This document shows, in pieces, positions 55,012-64,000 of a stretch of DNA of 64,000 bases. A program made the position numbers and the translations under genes. The notes below the pieces were generated by a model. It worked only from the letters and a program-made list of their open reading frames with translations, was not told the DNA's origin and did no database searches. The stretch is taken from contig JAFDKF010000003.1 of the NCBI GenBank assembly GCA_019307135.1, positions 978 through 64,977 of the forward strand, in the 5' to 3' direction. This DNA is from Deltaproteobacteria bacterium. Its GTDB lineage: Bacteria > Desulfobacterota > Desulfobacteria > Desulfobacterales > C00003060. The first letter of the stretch is position 1; each line of letters starts with the position of its first letter.

Positions 55012-56307
55012 TTATCCACAAGATTTTCTGAAATAATACCTCATAGCACGGCGGGCAAACTTATGGGATTTCTCTCTGAGGAGTTTATCGTGAACAACTA
55101 AAACTGCCAGGGCGAGTTTTCTTGTGCCAGCCTTTTCTGCACAGAAACCCACAAACCAATCATAGTGCAATTCATCGCTCTTATCATTTATAGAACCTGT
55201 CTTTCCACCGATAGAAAGCTTTGACAAAATCGGGTCGCGGCGGCATCCGATGAATGTGCTGCTACAAGTCCCGCGGGAAATGGTTGCCGCCATCAATTCC
55301 TTCATCTCTTGACTCGCTTTCGGAGACATGACCTGTCTGATAATGTTCGTACTCCCAACATAAACAGGATTTCTTTGGTCGTCAGTTATAAACCCAATAA
55401 TCGTGGGTTCCACCAGCTTTCCCTCATTGACAATTACAGCTGCCATCATTGCCCCATGAATGGGAGATATCAACGTTTTTCGATTAAAGCCGCAGGCTAT
55501 TTCTGCCCAGTGATACGGATCGTGACCGACTGAAATCCGACTTGGCTCAATAGGGAACTCAAAATCGATCGGTTGATTGAATCCAAACCGATTGGCATAT
55601 TCTTCTATCAGGTCCTTTTTCAGGCGAAAAATGCCGAGTTTGCCAAACACCGGATTGATCGATTTGGCGAAAGAGGTTTTCAGGGAGATGCTGTTCGTGT
55701 AACGGTTGATTCGATCAGTCAATTGATTCTTATACAGGGTATGTGCCGAGCCATTGTAGGTCAATTCTGTATCACCGGAAATATTGCAGTGGTCGATGGC
55801 GGCGGCAGCACTTACGATCTTGAAGATGCTGGCCGCGGGGAATTGACTGCTAAGGCAAACACTCTTTGCTCTATTGACTTTTTTTGAGTCGATCATGGAG
55901 AGGATTTGTCCGGTTGCAGGATCCATGGCTACAAACCCTATCAGAGGGGATTGGGAGCGCTGGATCACTTTCAACATATAATTCTGAAGCCCCCGGTCCA
56001 GGGTGGTTTCCATGGAAAAGAGTCTGCCGGAACAATTGATATCAATCTTACCGTCAGGGGTGTTGCACAGGGCCTCAAGATCTATCAACCTCCTGAGGTC
56101 TTTTTTCATCAACACGTCTAAAGCTTCAACTGCCTCCCCTCCAAAAGGACCCCCGATCCTTGGAGATCTGTTAACGCAATCCGTCAACAGATCAACCTTG
56201 AAACATTGGATCCCTATCACTAACAACAGCAAGCAAGGGAAAAAGCAAAGGCTCCCCTTGAAAAACCTTTTTGGAAAACCTTTTAGCGGAAACTGCTTCT
56301 GATGCAT
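55012..56307 (-). CDS. Penicillin-binding protein (transpeptidase domain)
   Basis: 431 aa with an N-terminal TM, the SxxK motif AASIFK, and the KTG motif GGKTGS. Confidence 0.75.
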   Translation of the reverse strand: MHQKQFPLKGFPKRFFKGSLCFFPCLLLLVIGIQCFKVDLLTDCVNRSPRIGGPFGGEAVEALDVLMKKDLRRLIDLEALCNTPDGKIDINCSGRLFSMETTLDRGLQNYMLKVIQRSQSPLIGFVAMDPATGQILSMIDSKKVNRAKSVCLSSQFPAASIFKIVSAAAAIDHCNISGDTELTYNGSAHTLYKNQLTDRINRYTNSISLKTSFAKSINPVFGKLGIFRLKKDLIEEYANRFGFNQPIDFEFPIEPSRISVGHDPYHWAEIACGFNRKTLISPIHGAMMAAVIVNEGKLVEPTIIGFITDDQRNPVYVGSTNIIRQVMSPKASQEMKELMAATISRGTCSSTFIGCRRDPILSKLSIGGKTGSINDKSDELHYDWFVGFCAEKAGTRKLALAVLVVHDKLLREKSHKFARRAMRYYFRKSCG

Positions 56308-56351
56308 CCTGAATTTGCCCCTTCAAGCCGAAGTCGCGAGCAAACTTGGCC

Positions 56352-56414
56352 GTAGGCGTTCACCGTTCTGGGTTAACCTCTAAACCTCTGAACCCTGAAC
56401 CCGTGAACGGTTAC
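56352..56414 (-). repeat. Word-repeat element, copy 2 (see 43791-43854)
   Basis: Read on the minus strand, it ends ...gttaacccagaacggtgaacgcctac 44 nt upstream of the PBP ATG. Its orientation relative to the downstream gene matches copy 1. Confidence 0.75.
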
Positions 56415-56812
56415 CGTAGACTTTGCTTGTTGGGGCGGGTCTATAGAACACTACAAATTGTGTGTCAAGAAAGAAAATACGACAACATATGGTGTTCAAG
56501 GTTATTTTTGGGCGAACGTCCCCCACATTCACCTTCGTCAACACGAGGTCAAGGGCCGTACCTGCCAAGAAGAGCACAAGACAACAAACGAGTAGGGGAC
56601 TTAATGGAATCTCACTGATCTGTCAAGGAATTTGGGGATTTTACGGTGTGCACATTTTAGCTTGAGAGAAATCATGATATATTATAGATTTGTTGAAAAG
56701 ATTTTCACTGCGTTATCAGTCGAAATCCTCGACGACGTACTACTCAGTACGCCTTACTCGGATTTCTCCTTCTATCCTTGTGAAATTAATTATCTGAAAA
56801 TCTATTTATTCC

Positions 56813-56899
56813 TGGTGCCGAAGGCGAGACTCGAACTCGCACGGACATACATCCACTAGACCCTGAACCTAGCGCGTCTACCAGTTCCGCCACTTCGGC
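56813..56899 (-). tRNA. tRNA-Leu (anticodon CAG), class II with long variable arm, CCA encoded
   Basis: The reverse complement is GCCGAAG-TG-GCGG-AACTGGTAGA-CGCG-CTAGG-TTCAGGG-TCTAG-TGGATGTATGTCCGTG-CGAGT-TCGAGTC-TCGCC.. ..CTTCGGC-A-CCA. The acceptor is 7 bp, the anticodon loop is TT-CAG-GG, and the T-loop is TTCGAGT. Confidence 0.9.
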
Positions 56900-56995
56900 A
56901 CGTGGGAAGGCAGAAAAAGGATTGATTTTATGCTAAGAATTCGTTAGATAGATTATTTTTGATCATTTGTCAAGGCTGATGTAAAAGGATTGAGC

Positions 56996-57925
56996 ATGCA
57001 GATTATAAACGATCTCAAGGAGATTTCTAACAGATTAGAGAATGCCGTTGTGACCATCGGCAACTTTGACGGGATTCATATAGGGCACCAGGCCCTTTTC
57101 AATCAGGTGATTGAAAAGGCGGAAACCATAGACGGCACCTCTGTCGTAATAACCTTTGAGCCCCATCCCATCCGCGTCATCACCTCCAACAAGCACTTCC
57201 CGCTTATAACCCTACATGAACAAAAGGTTGAATTGATAGGCGCAACAGGCGTGGAGACCCTGATATGCATTCCGTTTACCCGCGAGTTTGCGGCCACCCC
57301 TGCTCGCACTTTTGTCAAAGAAATACTGTGTGACCTGATTGGCATGAAAGCGATTGTCGTGGGGCAGGATTATTCCTTTGGGAGAAAGCGTGAGGGAAAC
57401 ATTTCCCTGCTCAAGGAAATGTCTGTAACCCATGGTTTTGAGGTGATCATTTCAGGATGGATTGAACTTGAAGGCGGTCGCATTAGTAGCACCGAGATCC
57501 GAAACCTGGTAAGAGAGGGCAGGGTTGCGGAAGCCGGGAAACTATTAGGGCGCCATTATCAGGTGCGGGGGACTGTCATGCATGGCCGGGACCGTGGTGG
57601 AAAGTTGTTGGGCTTTCCAACGGCAAACCTTATACTACACGATGAACTCTGTCCCAAGATAGGGGTATATGCCGTGACCGTGGAACACGATAAAACCCGG
57701 TACAAAGGCGTGGCCAACATTGGATACAGCCCTACCTTTCAGGAGGGTCGGTTTGGCGTGGAGGCTCACATCCTCGATTTTAACAAGGAAATCTACGACC
57801 AACCCATCCGCCTGAATTTTGTCCATCGCCTGAGAGACGAAAAGAAGTTTTCAGGACCTGAGTCCTTAGCAGTTCAGATCAGGCAGGATATTGAAAAGGC
57901 CCGGGAGCTCCTGTCCAGCGAATGA
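56996..57925 (+). CDS. ribF: Bifunctional riboflavin kinase / FAD synthetase
   Basis: GNFDGIHIGHQ, a C-terminal riboflavin-kinase part GRDRGGKLLGFPTANL, and ...EAHILDF.... Confidence 0.9.
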   Translation: MQIINDLKEISNRLENAVVTIGNFDGIHIGHQALFNQVIEKAETIDGTSVVITFEPHPIRVITSNKHFPLITLHEQKVELIGATGVETLICIPFTREFAATPARTFVKEILCDLIGMKAIVVGQDYSFGRKREGNISLLKEMSVTHGFEVIISGWIELEGGRISSTEIRNLVREGRVAEAGKLLGRHYQVRGTVMHGRDRGGKLLGFPTANLILHDELCPKIGVYAVTVEHDKTRYKGVANIGYSPTFQEGRFGVEAHILDFNKEIYDQPIRLNFVHRLRDEKKFSGPESLAVQIRQDIEKARELLSSE

Positions 57926-57957
57926 TTACACATCAATCCCCAATCCTATAAAACGCT

Positions 57958-59133
57958 ATGCCCGGGAACAAGAAAATCATCCTTTCTCTAATAACGGGGC
58001 TTGTGTTGTCTGGTATTGCCCTTTATGTCACCTTTAAAAATATTCCCCTTCCGGAGCTGGTGGGCTATTTGAAGACCGTGAATTACTGGTGGGTCATCCC
58101 TGCGGTGGCGATTGCACTGATGAGTTTTTTGATCAGGGTTGTCAGGTGGCAGCTTCTCCTCAGTCCGTTCAAGAAAACGGACTTTGGGAGTGCTCATCAC
58201 CCTCTTATGATCGGATTCATGCTCAATTGCCTCTTGCCTGGCCGGATAGGAGAACTGGCCCGGCCTGCTATCTTTGGCAAAAAGGAAAGCGTTGCGTTTT
58301 CAAAGGTGCTCGCTACGGTGGGCGCTGAGAGGGTCTTTGACGTAGTGGTGCTGCTCCTTTCTTTTGTCATTGTCCTTACCGCTGTTGAAATCAGCCCAAC
58401 GCTTGATTTGAGGTTCGGCAACTATCATCTTAACAAGGCCACCCTTGAGATGCTCGGGATGACAACCCTGCAATTGTGTCTTGGACTGATTGCATGCATT
58501 GCCATGGTGAGTATCAGACGGAGTCGCAGGTTTATAAAACGCACGATTCTGGGCCTGCCGGGGCTGCTCTTTTTTGCCGGCAACGACTTCAAGGAGAGGA
58601 TCAGGGAGAAGCTTTGCGTAAAGCTCGTCCAAATTATCGATAACGTGGCTGCCGGACTGGACCTGTTGAAGAGCCCCAAAATGGTTGGCCTTTGCCTTGG
58701 TCTTTCGTTCGTGGTATGGGCAGTGGCCGGGGTTTCTTATTACGTAATGGCCCTTGGCTGTCCGGGAATTGATCTCTCTTTTCTTGAAATATATGCGACG
58801 ATGGTCATCCTTTGCTTCTTTATTTCGCTTCCCTCTGCCCCGGGTTTCTGGGGCCTCTGGGAAGCGGGAGGCGTGTTTGGGCTTTTGATCTTTGGTGTCT
58901 CCGCCAAAGAGGCCGCAGGATTTACCCTGACCAATCATGTTTTTCAGATGGTTCCTGTGATCATTATAGGTCTTATTTCATCGATTGTTACTGGCGTCAA
59001 TGTCGTGCAGGTAGCCCGCACAAATATTGAGGAAAAAGGTGCCCGGATAGAGATGAACCAGGCCGTTTACACGGACGAGGTGCCACATGAATATCTTGAA
59101 GACTGTAAACTCCACGGAAAGTCCATGGATTAG
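57958..59133 (+). CDS. Flippase-like / UPF0104 (lysyl-PG synthase TM-region-like) membrane protein
   Basis: 391 aa and multi-TM, with ...RVVRWQLLL... near the N-terminus as in this family. Confidence 0.55.
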   Translation: MPGNKKIILSLITGLVLSGIALYVTFKNIPLPELVGYLKTVNYWWVIPAVAIALMSFLIRVVRWQLLLSPFKKTDFGSAHHPLMIGFMLNCLLPGRIGELARPAIFGKKESVAFSKVLATVGAERVFDVVVLLLSFVIVLTAVEISPTLDLRFGNYHLNKATLEMLGMTTLQLCLGLIACIAMVSIRRSRRFIKRTILGLPGLLFFAGNDFKERIREKLCVKLVQIIDNVAAGLDLLKSPKMVGLCLGLSFVVWAVAGVSYYVMALGCPGIDLSFLEIYATMVILCFFISLPSAPGFWGLWEAGGVFGLLIFGVSAKEAAGFTLTNHVFQMVPVIIIGLISSIVTGVNVVQVARTNIEEKGARIEMNQAVYTDEVPHEYLEDCKLHGKSMD

Positions 59134-59635
59134 GCTGAGAAGGGTTGTTTATGAGAACGACAACGGGCAGGTGTTGAACTGGGATTATATCGAGCGTGTT
59201 AATGCCCGTAGCTCAGTCCTTATCATGCCTCGGTTCAAGGAATCAGGGGACTTGATCTTCATCAGACAGTACAGGGTTATCTTGGACTGCTACGTGATTG
59301 GCTTTCCTGCGGGCGTTATCTCAGATGGTGAGGATGTCGAGAAGTGTGCCCTTCGAGAACTCATGGAAGAGACCGGCTACACGGGAAGAGTTGTACAGAT
59401 CTCGCCAGAGCTTACTCTCAACAGCGCACTGATCAAAGAGACAGCCCGCTGCGTGGTGGTGGAACTGGAGGAGGATGCCTCTCCAAAGGAACAGAAACTC
59501 GAGCCTTCTGAACTGATTGAAGTCCATCGGGTGAAAAAGGATCAACTGGGTGCCTTCTTTGAGCAGGCAGCCGCAAAGGGGGATATCATAGGCGGGGGCC
59601 TATGGTACATGCTAATGGCGACTCAATACCTATGA
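59087..59635 (+). CDS. NUDIX hydrolase
   Basis: The Nudix box is GFPAGVISDGEDVEKCALRELMEETGY. Confidence 0.8.
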   Translation: MNILKTVNSTESPWIRLRRVVYENDNGQVLNWDYIERVNARSSVLIMPRFKESGDLIFIRQYRVILDCYVIGFPAGVISDGEDVEKCALRELMEETGYTGRVVQISPELTLNSALIKETARCVVVELEEDASPKEQKLEPSELIEVHRVKKDQLGAFFEQAAAKGDIIGGGLWYMLMATQYL

Positions 59636-60330
59636 GAATTCGAAATCTCCATCCCTGGGAACTTTCCTGTAAGGAAGCCATAGAGGTTCAAAGTCGCCTT
59701 ACTGGCCAGGTTCGCCAGGTGCCGCTCAAAAAACCGGTAAAGACCATCGGGGGGGCCGATGTTTCTTATGCAAAACAGGGCACAGAAGTCTATGCAGCAG
59801 TACTGGTCTTCAGTTTTCCCGATCTTGTCTTGACCGATCAGGCCCTGGCCGCTGATATAGTGAAGTTCCCATATGTGCCCGGACTGCTGTCCTTTCGCGA
59901 GGCACCCGTACTGACAAAGGCCTTCAGGAAGATTCGCAGGAAGCCGGATGTGATTATCTTTGATGGTCAAGGGATTGCCCATCCCAGGGGGATGGGGCTT
60001 GCATCTCACATGGGTTTGATCCTGGACTGTCCAAGTATTGGCTGCGCCAAGACACGCCTTGTGGGAATGCATCCCCTGCTAGCTGAAACCAGGGGAACTA
60101 CGGTTCTGTTAACAGACCAGGGGCGGGTTGTCGGAGGGGTGGTGAGAACCCGGGACCGTGTTAAACCGGTCTTTGTATCACCTGGGCACGCTATTACCCT
60201 GGAAGAATCAATTCGTTTGGTTCTGCATTGTTGCAGGGGATACAAGCTTCCTGAACCAACCCGTCAGGCGCACATTGCCGTTAGCCGGTTGCGCCTTGAA
60301 GGCGGTGGTCTGGCACTCGCACGTTGTTGA
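59632..60330 (+). CDS. nfi: Endonuclease V
   Basis: The start at MRIRNLH has an ATGA overlap with the NUDIX stop. Motifs are GGADVSY, YVPGLLSFREAP, FDGQGIAHPRGMGLASHMG and IGCAK. Confidence 0.85.
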   Translation: MRIRNLHPWELSCKEAIEVQSRLTGQVRQVPLKKPVKTIGGADVSYAKQGTEVYAAVLVFSFPDLVLTDQALAADIVKFPYVPGLLSFREAPVLTKAFRKIRRKPDVIIFDGQGIAHPRGMGLASHMGLILDCPSIGCAKTRLVGMHPLLAETRGTTVLLTDQGRVVGGVVRTRDRVKPVFVSPGHAITLEESIRLVLHCCRGYKLPEPTRQAHIAVSRLRLEGGGLALARC

Positions 60331-60498
60331 TTGTTGGTAGTGTTTGTACTAAGCAGTAAATTTAGAGGCTGCGTCTCAATTGGAGTATTGGAGTGATGGG
60401 CATATATGGTTAAGTCGTTGAGTCGTTTTTAATCTGACCATTCAACTACTCAACTACTCGACCACTCAACTATTCAACCGAATTCCGAGATTCTACAT

Positions 60499-61437
60499 AT
60501 GACCACCTACCGCATCATATTTATGGGTACCCCGGATTTTTCAGTGCCAACTTTAAGGGCCCTTCATGAAAACCAATATGACGTGCTTGCCGTGGTTACA
60601 CAGCCAGACCGGCCGAAAGGACGTGGACGTCGCCTGGTTCCACCTCCGGTCAAGGAGGTTGCCAGCACACTGGGCTATTCGGTGCTGCAGCCTCTCGGGA
60701 TTAAGGAGCCCTGGTTTATCGAGAAAATCATAGCCCTGGATCCGGACCTCTTTGTCGTGGTCGCTTACGGCCGTATATTGCCAGGGTCTTTCTTATCGAT
60801 TCCCCATCTTGGGGCCATCAACATCCATCCCTCACTTCTCCCCAAATACCGAGGGCCTGCCCCTATCCAGTGGGCCATTATCAACGGAGAGCAAGAGACT
60901 GGCGTCACTACCATGTGGATGGATGAGGGGATGGACACAGGAGACATCCTGCTGAGCTCCAAGGTCCCTATCAGGCCGGACGATACCTCCGGGAGTCTTC
61001 ACCGGCGGCTGGCTGAGGTCGGGGCACAGCTTTTGATCGAAACGTTGACCAAGCTCAAGTCCGCAGATTTTGTGGGTAAACCCCAGGACAAGTCGGGTGC
61101 CACTTATGCACCTTTACTGAAAAAGAAAGACGGGCGCATAGACTGGACCAGGGACGCCAGGTCAGTGGATGCCTTTATTCGAGGGATGACCCCCTGGCCG
61201 GGTGCCTTTACCTTCCTTTTTGGCAAAAGGCTCAGGGTATTGAAGGCCAAAGACCTTCAAAAGGCAGCCAGGGAAAAGCCGGGTACTGTTTTAGAAGGAT
61301 TTCCAGGGGACTTCAATATTGCAACAGGGCGCGGCATATTGGCCATAGAAGAGGTGCAACTTGAATCTGCAAAACGCCTTCCGGTTGAAGATTTCTTAAG
61401 GGGCTGTCCTGTGCCGGCCGGCACACTCCTTGGATAG
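60499..61437 (+). CDS. fmt: Methionyl-tRNA formyltransferase
   Basis: IIFMGTPDF, VVTQPDRPKGRG, INIHPSLLPKYRGPAPIQW. Confidence 0.9.
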   Translation: MTTYRIIFMGTPDFSVPTLRALHENQYDVLAVVTQPDRPKGRGRRLVPPPVKEVASTLGYSVLQPLGIKEPWFIEKIIALDPDLFVVVAYGRILPGSFLSIPHLGAINIHPSLLPKYRGPAPIQWAIINGEQETGVTTMWMDEGMDTGDILLSSKVPIRPDDTSGSLHRRLAEVGAQLLIETLTKLKSADFVGKPQDKSGATYAPLLKKKDGRIDWTRDARSVDAFIRGMTPWPGAFTFLFGKRLRVLKAKDLQKAAREKPGTVLEGFPGDFNIATGRGILAIEEVQLESAKRLPVEDFLRGCPVPAGTLLG

Positions 61438-61443
61438 CTGAGC

Positions 61444-62826
61444 ATGGTAGCCGTTTCCCGTCGTATTGCCCTTTCGATTTTAAACGGCCTGGATGACTCA
61501 AATGCCTTCCCGGTACGTCTCCTTGACAGGGCCTTTGAACGAGAGCCGCAGCTCATAAGGAAAGACCGAGCCCTGGCTACTGAACTGGTGTATGGTGTGC
61601 TTCGGTGGCGGAGCCGCCTTGACTGGGTGATCTGCCAACTTTCAAAGACTCCCATCCGCAAGATAGACCCATTTGTTTTAAACATTATTCGGCTGGGCCT
61701 CTATCAAATCCTTTTTCATTCCCGTATTCCTCCGTCGGCTGCAGTAAACGATGCTGTGGAGATGGCCAAGGATAGAGAACCCTTTTGGGTGGTCCGCTTT
61801 GTAAATGGTGTAATGCGATCTGCGGCGCGGAGAGCAAAAGAGGTCCCGCTGCCGGATTATGCTGATGATCCGGTTCAGGCCATTGCCATAAGAGAATCCC
61901 ACCCTTTGTGGCTGGTCGAACGATGGATGGAGCGTCTGGGTGTAGAAGAGACAAAACGGCTCTGCAGGGCGAACAATCAGGTTCCCGCCGTGACAGTTCG
62001 GGCCAACACTCTCAAGGTTAGCCGACAGGAGCTGCTCAACTCACTGAGAGACCATGTCAGGCAAATTACACCAACCAGATTTGCCCCGGATGGACTCTCC
62101 GTTAGGGAATTGAGGCATGCGGTTGCCGACATCCCTTCGTTCAAGGATGGCTGGTTTCAGGTACAGGATGAGGCTGCGCAGCTCGTGACTCATCTGCTTG
62201 ATCCAAAACCGGGTGAAACAGTCCTGGATGCCTGTGCTGGGTTTGGCGGCAAGACAGGCCACATTGCGCAGCTCATGAAAGATCGCGGCAAGATTAAAGC
62301 AATGGAAAAGCAGTCATGGAAATTGCACCAACTCAAGACATCTTTGGCGCGCCTTGGCATTTCCGCGGTTACCACCTGGCACCATGACCTGTCAGAGTCC
62401 ATTTCCGTTTCGCTTTCCGGTACTTTTGACCGGATCTTGCTTGATGCGCCTTGTTCTGGTCTTGGTGTGCTTCGTAGAAATCCGGACGCCAAATGGAAGA
62501 AAACTGAGATGGATCTCAATAGACTTCGGGCCGATCAACTGCATTTCCTTGGCTGCCTTGCCCCCTTAATCAAAAGAGGTGGACGCCTGGTTTACTGTGT
62601 GTGTAGTCTTGAGCCCGAGGAAGGCGAGGATGTGGTGGAAGACTTTTTGAAGAATCAAGCCCAATTTGTTATAGATCGAGAACCCGTTGGTCTCTTGGAT
62701 GTGGATGAACGCCTGGTGGACAGCTCGGGCTTTTTCAGAAGCTTACCTCACGAGCACGACATGGACGGATTTTTTGCGGTACGCCTAAAAAGAACCAATA
62801 GTCGTCCATATAAGGTAAGAACTTGA
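61444..62826 (+). CDS. rsmB: 16S rRNA (cytosine-C5)-methyltransferase RsmB
   Basis: It has a NusB-like N-terminus, the SAM motif LDACAGFGGKT, and the catalytic DAPCSGLGVLRRNPD. It follows fmt as usual. Confidence 0.85.
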   Translation: MVAVSRRIALSILNGLDDSNAFPVRLLDRAFEREPQLIRKDRALATELVYGVLRWRSRLDWVICQLSKTPIRKIDPFVLNIIRLGLYQILFHSRIPPSAAVNDAVEMAKDREPFWVVRFVNGVMRSAARRAKEVPLPDYADDPVQAIAIRESHPLWLVERWMERLGVEETKRLCRANNQVPAVTVRANTLKVSRQELLNSLRDHVRQITPTRFAPDGLSVRELRHAVADIPSFKDGWFQVQDEAAQLVTHLLDPKPGETVLDACAGFGGKTGHIAQLMKDRGKIKAMEKQSWKLHQLKTSLARLGISAVTTWHHDLSESISVSLSGTFDRILLDAPCSGLGVLRRNPDAKWKKTEMDLNRLRADQLHFLGCLAPLIKRGGRLVYCVCSLEPEEGEDVVEDFLKNQAQFVIDREPVGLLDVDERLVDSSGFFRSLPHEHDMDGFFAVRLKRTNSRPYKVRT

Positions 62827-63168
62827 AATTTATGTCAAGTTTTGCACTTAAATTAATCTCTGCTGATTTGAAATTCGAAATCCGAAACTCGAAACTCGAA
62901 ACAATATCGAAATTCAAATGTTCAAAATTTTAAACAGCTCAAAGCTGATTTGCTCTGGGCAAAGGCTTCTTGGCTTAATCCATTTGGGATTTTGGTCATT
63001 CGAATTTGTTTGCGGCTCACGCCTTGAAAACAGTACGATATTCGAATTTCGGATTTTCTTACAGACTTCGTGCCTCGTCGGCCCGCCCTGGCGCGACACG
63101 CTGGCGAGAGGCTATCACGCTCCCCAACCAGGTCTGGGCCAGGGTTTGAGGCGAAGCTTCGCTAGAAT

Positions 63169-64000
63169 ATGAGACCTTTCTTTAAAACAGCGGTCCTCCT
63201 CGGCGCTTTTCTCGGGGTTGCGGGGATCAGCGGATATCTCACCTTGAGGTTTATTGTGAAAAGCGAAGATACGGTGGTGGTCCCAGAGCTTGTGGGAAAA
63301 GACGTGGTATATGCCCTGGACATTCTCACTGATCTGGGACTCAATACCAAGGTGAGTGGGTTCGAATACAGGACTGACGTGCCGAAAAACCATGTGGCAT
63401 ACCAGGAGCCAGGACCGGGTAGCGAAGTCAAAAAAGATCGTGATGTTCGCATCATCATCTCCAAAGGGCCGAAGACCTTGGTGATGCCGAATCTTGTGGG
63501 GATGGATATCCGGCAGGCAAATATCATTATGGAAGAAAACGGCCTGTCTCAAGGTGTTTTGTCCCGCTCCTTTAGCGAGCGGGCTGCTAATGGTGAGGTC
63601 ATGAGTCAGGTGCCGTCCCCCGGTACAGTTGTCACGCGGGGTAATTCCATCGACCTGTTAGTCAGCCTTGGCAGAAGGCCCATAACTTATAAAATGCCCT
63701 ATCTGCATGGCCTGGCCCTGGAAGATGCTATCCTCATCCTGGAGCGTGCGCACCTTGGGCTTGGTCAAATACGATCTGTTCAAAGAGACGACTTGCTCAA
63801 GGATGTGGTGGTTGAGCAAGAACCTCCATCCGGCTACCAGGTGGCTTCCGGGACCCTGGTGAATCTGACCATCAACCGGGCAGAAAAGGGTCCAATTCTT
63901 GATCAGGGCCTAGGTCTGTTTCATCATCGTGTGCGTGAGGGATTCTTGAAAAAGCACATCCGGATTCGCGTAAATGCCTTTGGTATGCTTTATGATCTCT
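63169..64000 (+). CDS. PASTA-domain protein (3' end beyond window)
   Basis: From the ATG at 63169 comes a TM segment (AVLLGAFLGVAGISGYL), then repeated PASTA units (VPELVGKDV..A...L..LGL ; MPNLVGMDIRQA ; MPYLHGLALEDA). It is open to the window end. Confidence 0.7.
   Translation, partial: MRPFFKTAVLLGAFLGVAGISGYLTLRFIVKSEDTVVVPELVGKDVVYALDILTDLGLNTKVSGFEYRTDVPKNHVAYQEPGPGSEVKKDRDVRIIISKGPKTLVMPNLVGMDIRQANIIMEENGLSQGVLSRSFSERAANGEVMSQVPSPGTVVTRGNSIDLLVSLGRRPITYKMPYLHGLALEDAILILERAHLGLGQIRSVQRDDLLKDVVVEQEPPSGYQVASGTLVNLTINRAEKGPILDQGLGLFHHRVREGFLKKHIRIRVNAFGMLYDL

Overview
This 64-kb chromosomal window is possibly from a Desulfobacterota or deltaproteobacterium-like organism. That guess rests on gene content only: pilT/pilU, DivIVA-YggT, MJ0042-type zinc-ribbon proteins and word-like intergenic repeats. 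The left half (1-31.8 kb) is a defence and mobile-element island. It holds a vapBC-like TA pair and a complete type 3 BREX operon (brxF-brxC-pglXI-brxHII-pglZ plus a brxA-position gene, 2.4-20.9 kb). Three visibly AT-richer insertions interrupt that operon: a DUF1016/YhcG-like nuclease, an Mrr-like nuclease fused to a P-loop STAND/AAA NTPase, and an ABC-type ATPase with a small PD-(D/E)xK-like partner. A fossil brxHII-5'/pglXI-3' junction lies between the last two insertions, which argues that two cargo cassettes were stacked by recombination in one slot. Downstream come a Hachiman remnant (hamA plus the 5' third of hamB) and a decayed stretch with an EEP nuclease, tandem repeats, and transposase, NTPase and IHF pseudogenes. 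After that are an AbiJ/HEPN-like gene, a PIN toxin split by a 176-bp MITE with a 5-bp target duplication, and a relE/phd cassette flanked by direct repeats. The right half (31.9-64 kb) is housekeeping: response regulator, yggT, divIVA, pilT plus a paralog, a GC-rich sugar ABC transporter, a hybrid histidine kinase, csp, tgt plus a queuosine-salvage gene, mltA, a PBP, tRNA-Leu(CAG), ribF, nfi, fmt, rsmB and a PASTA protein. Its intergenic spacers carry unusual low-complexity palindromic word repeats, including two nested inverted-repeat pairs. My best candidates for an undescribed system are the two cargo cassettes inside the BREX operon (10643-13345 and 13716-15300). All calls are by eye from the sequence and ORF track, with no database searches run.
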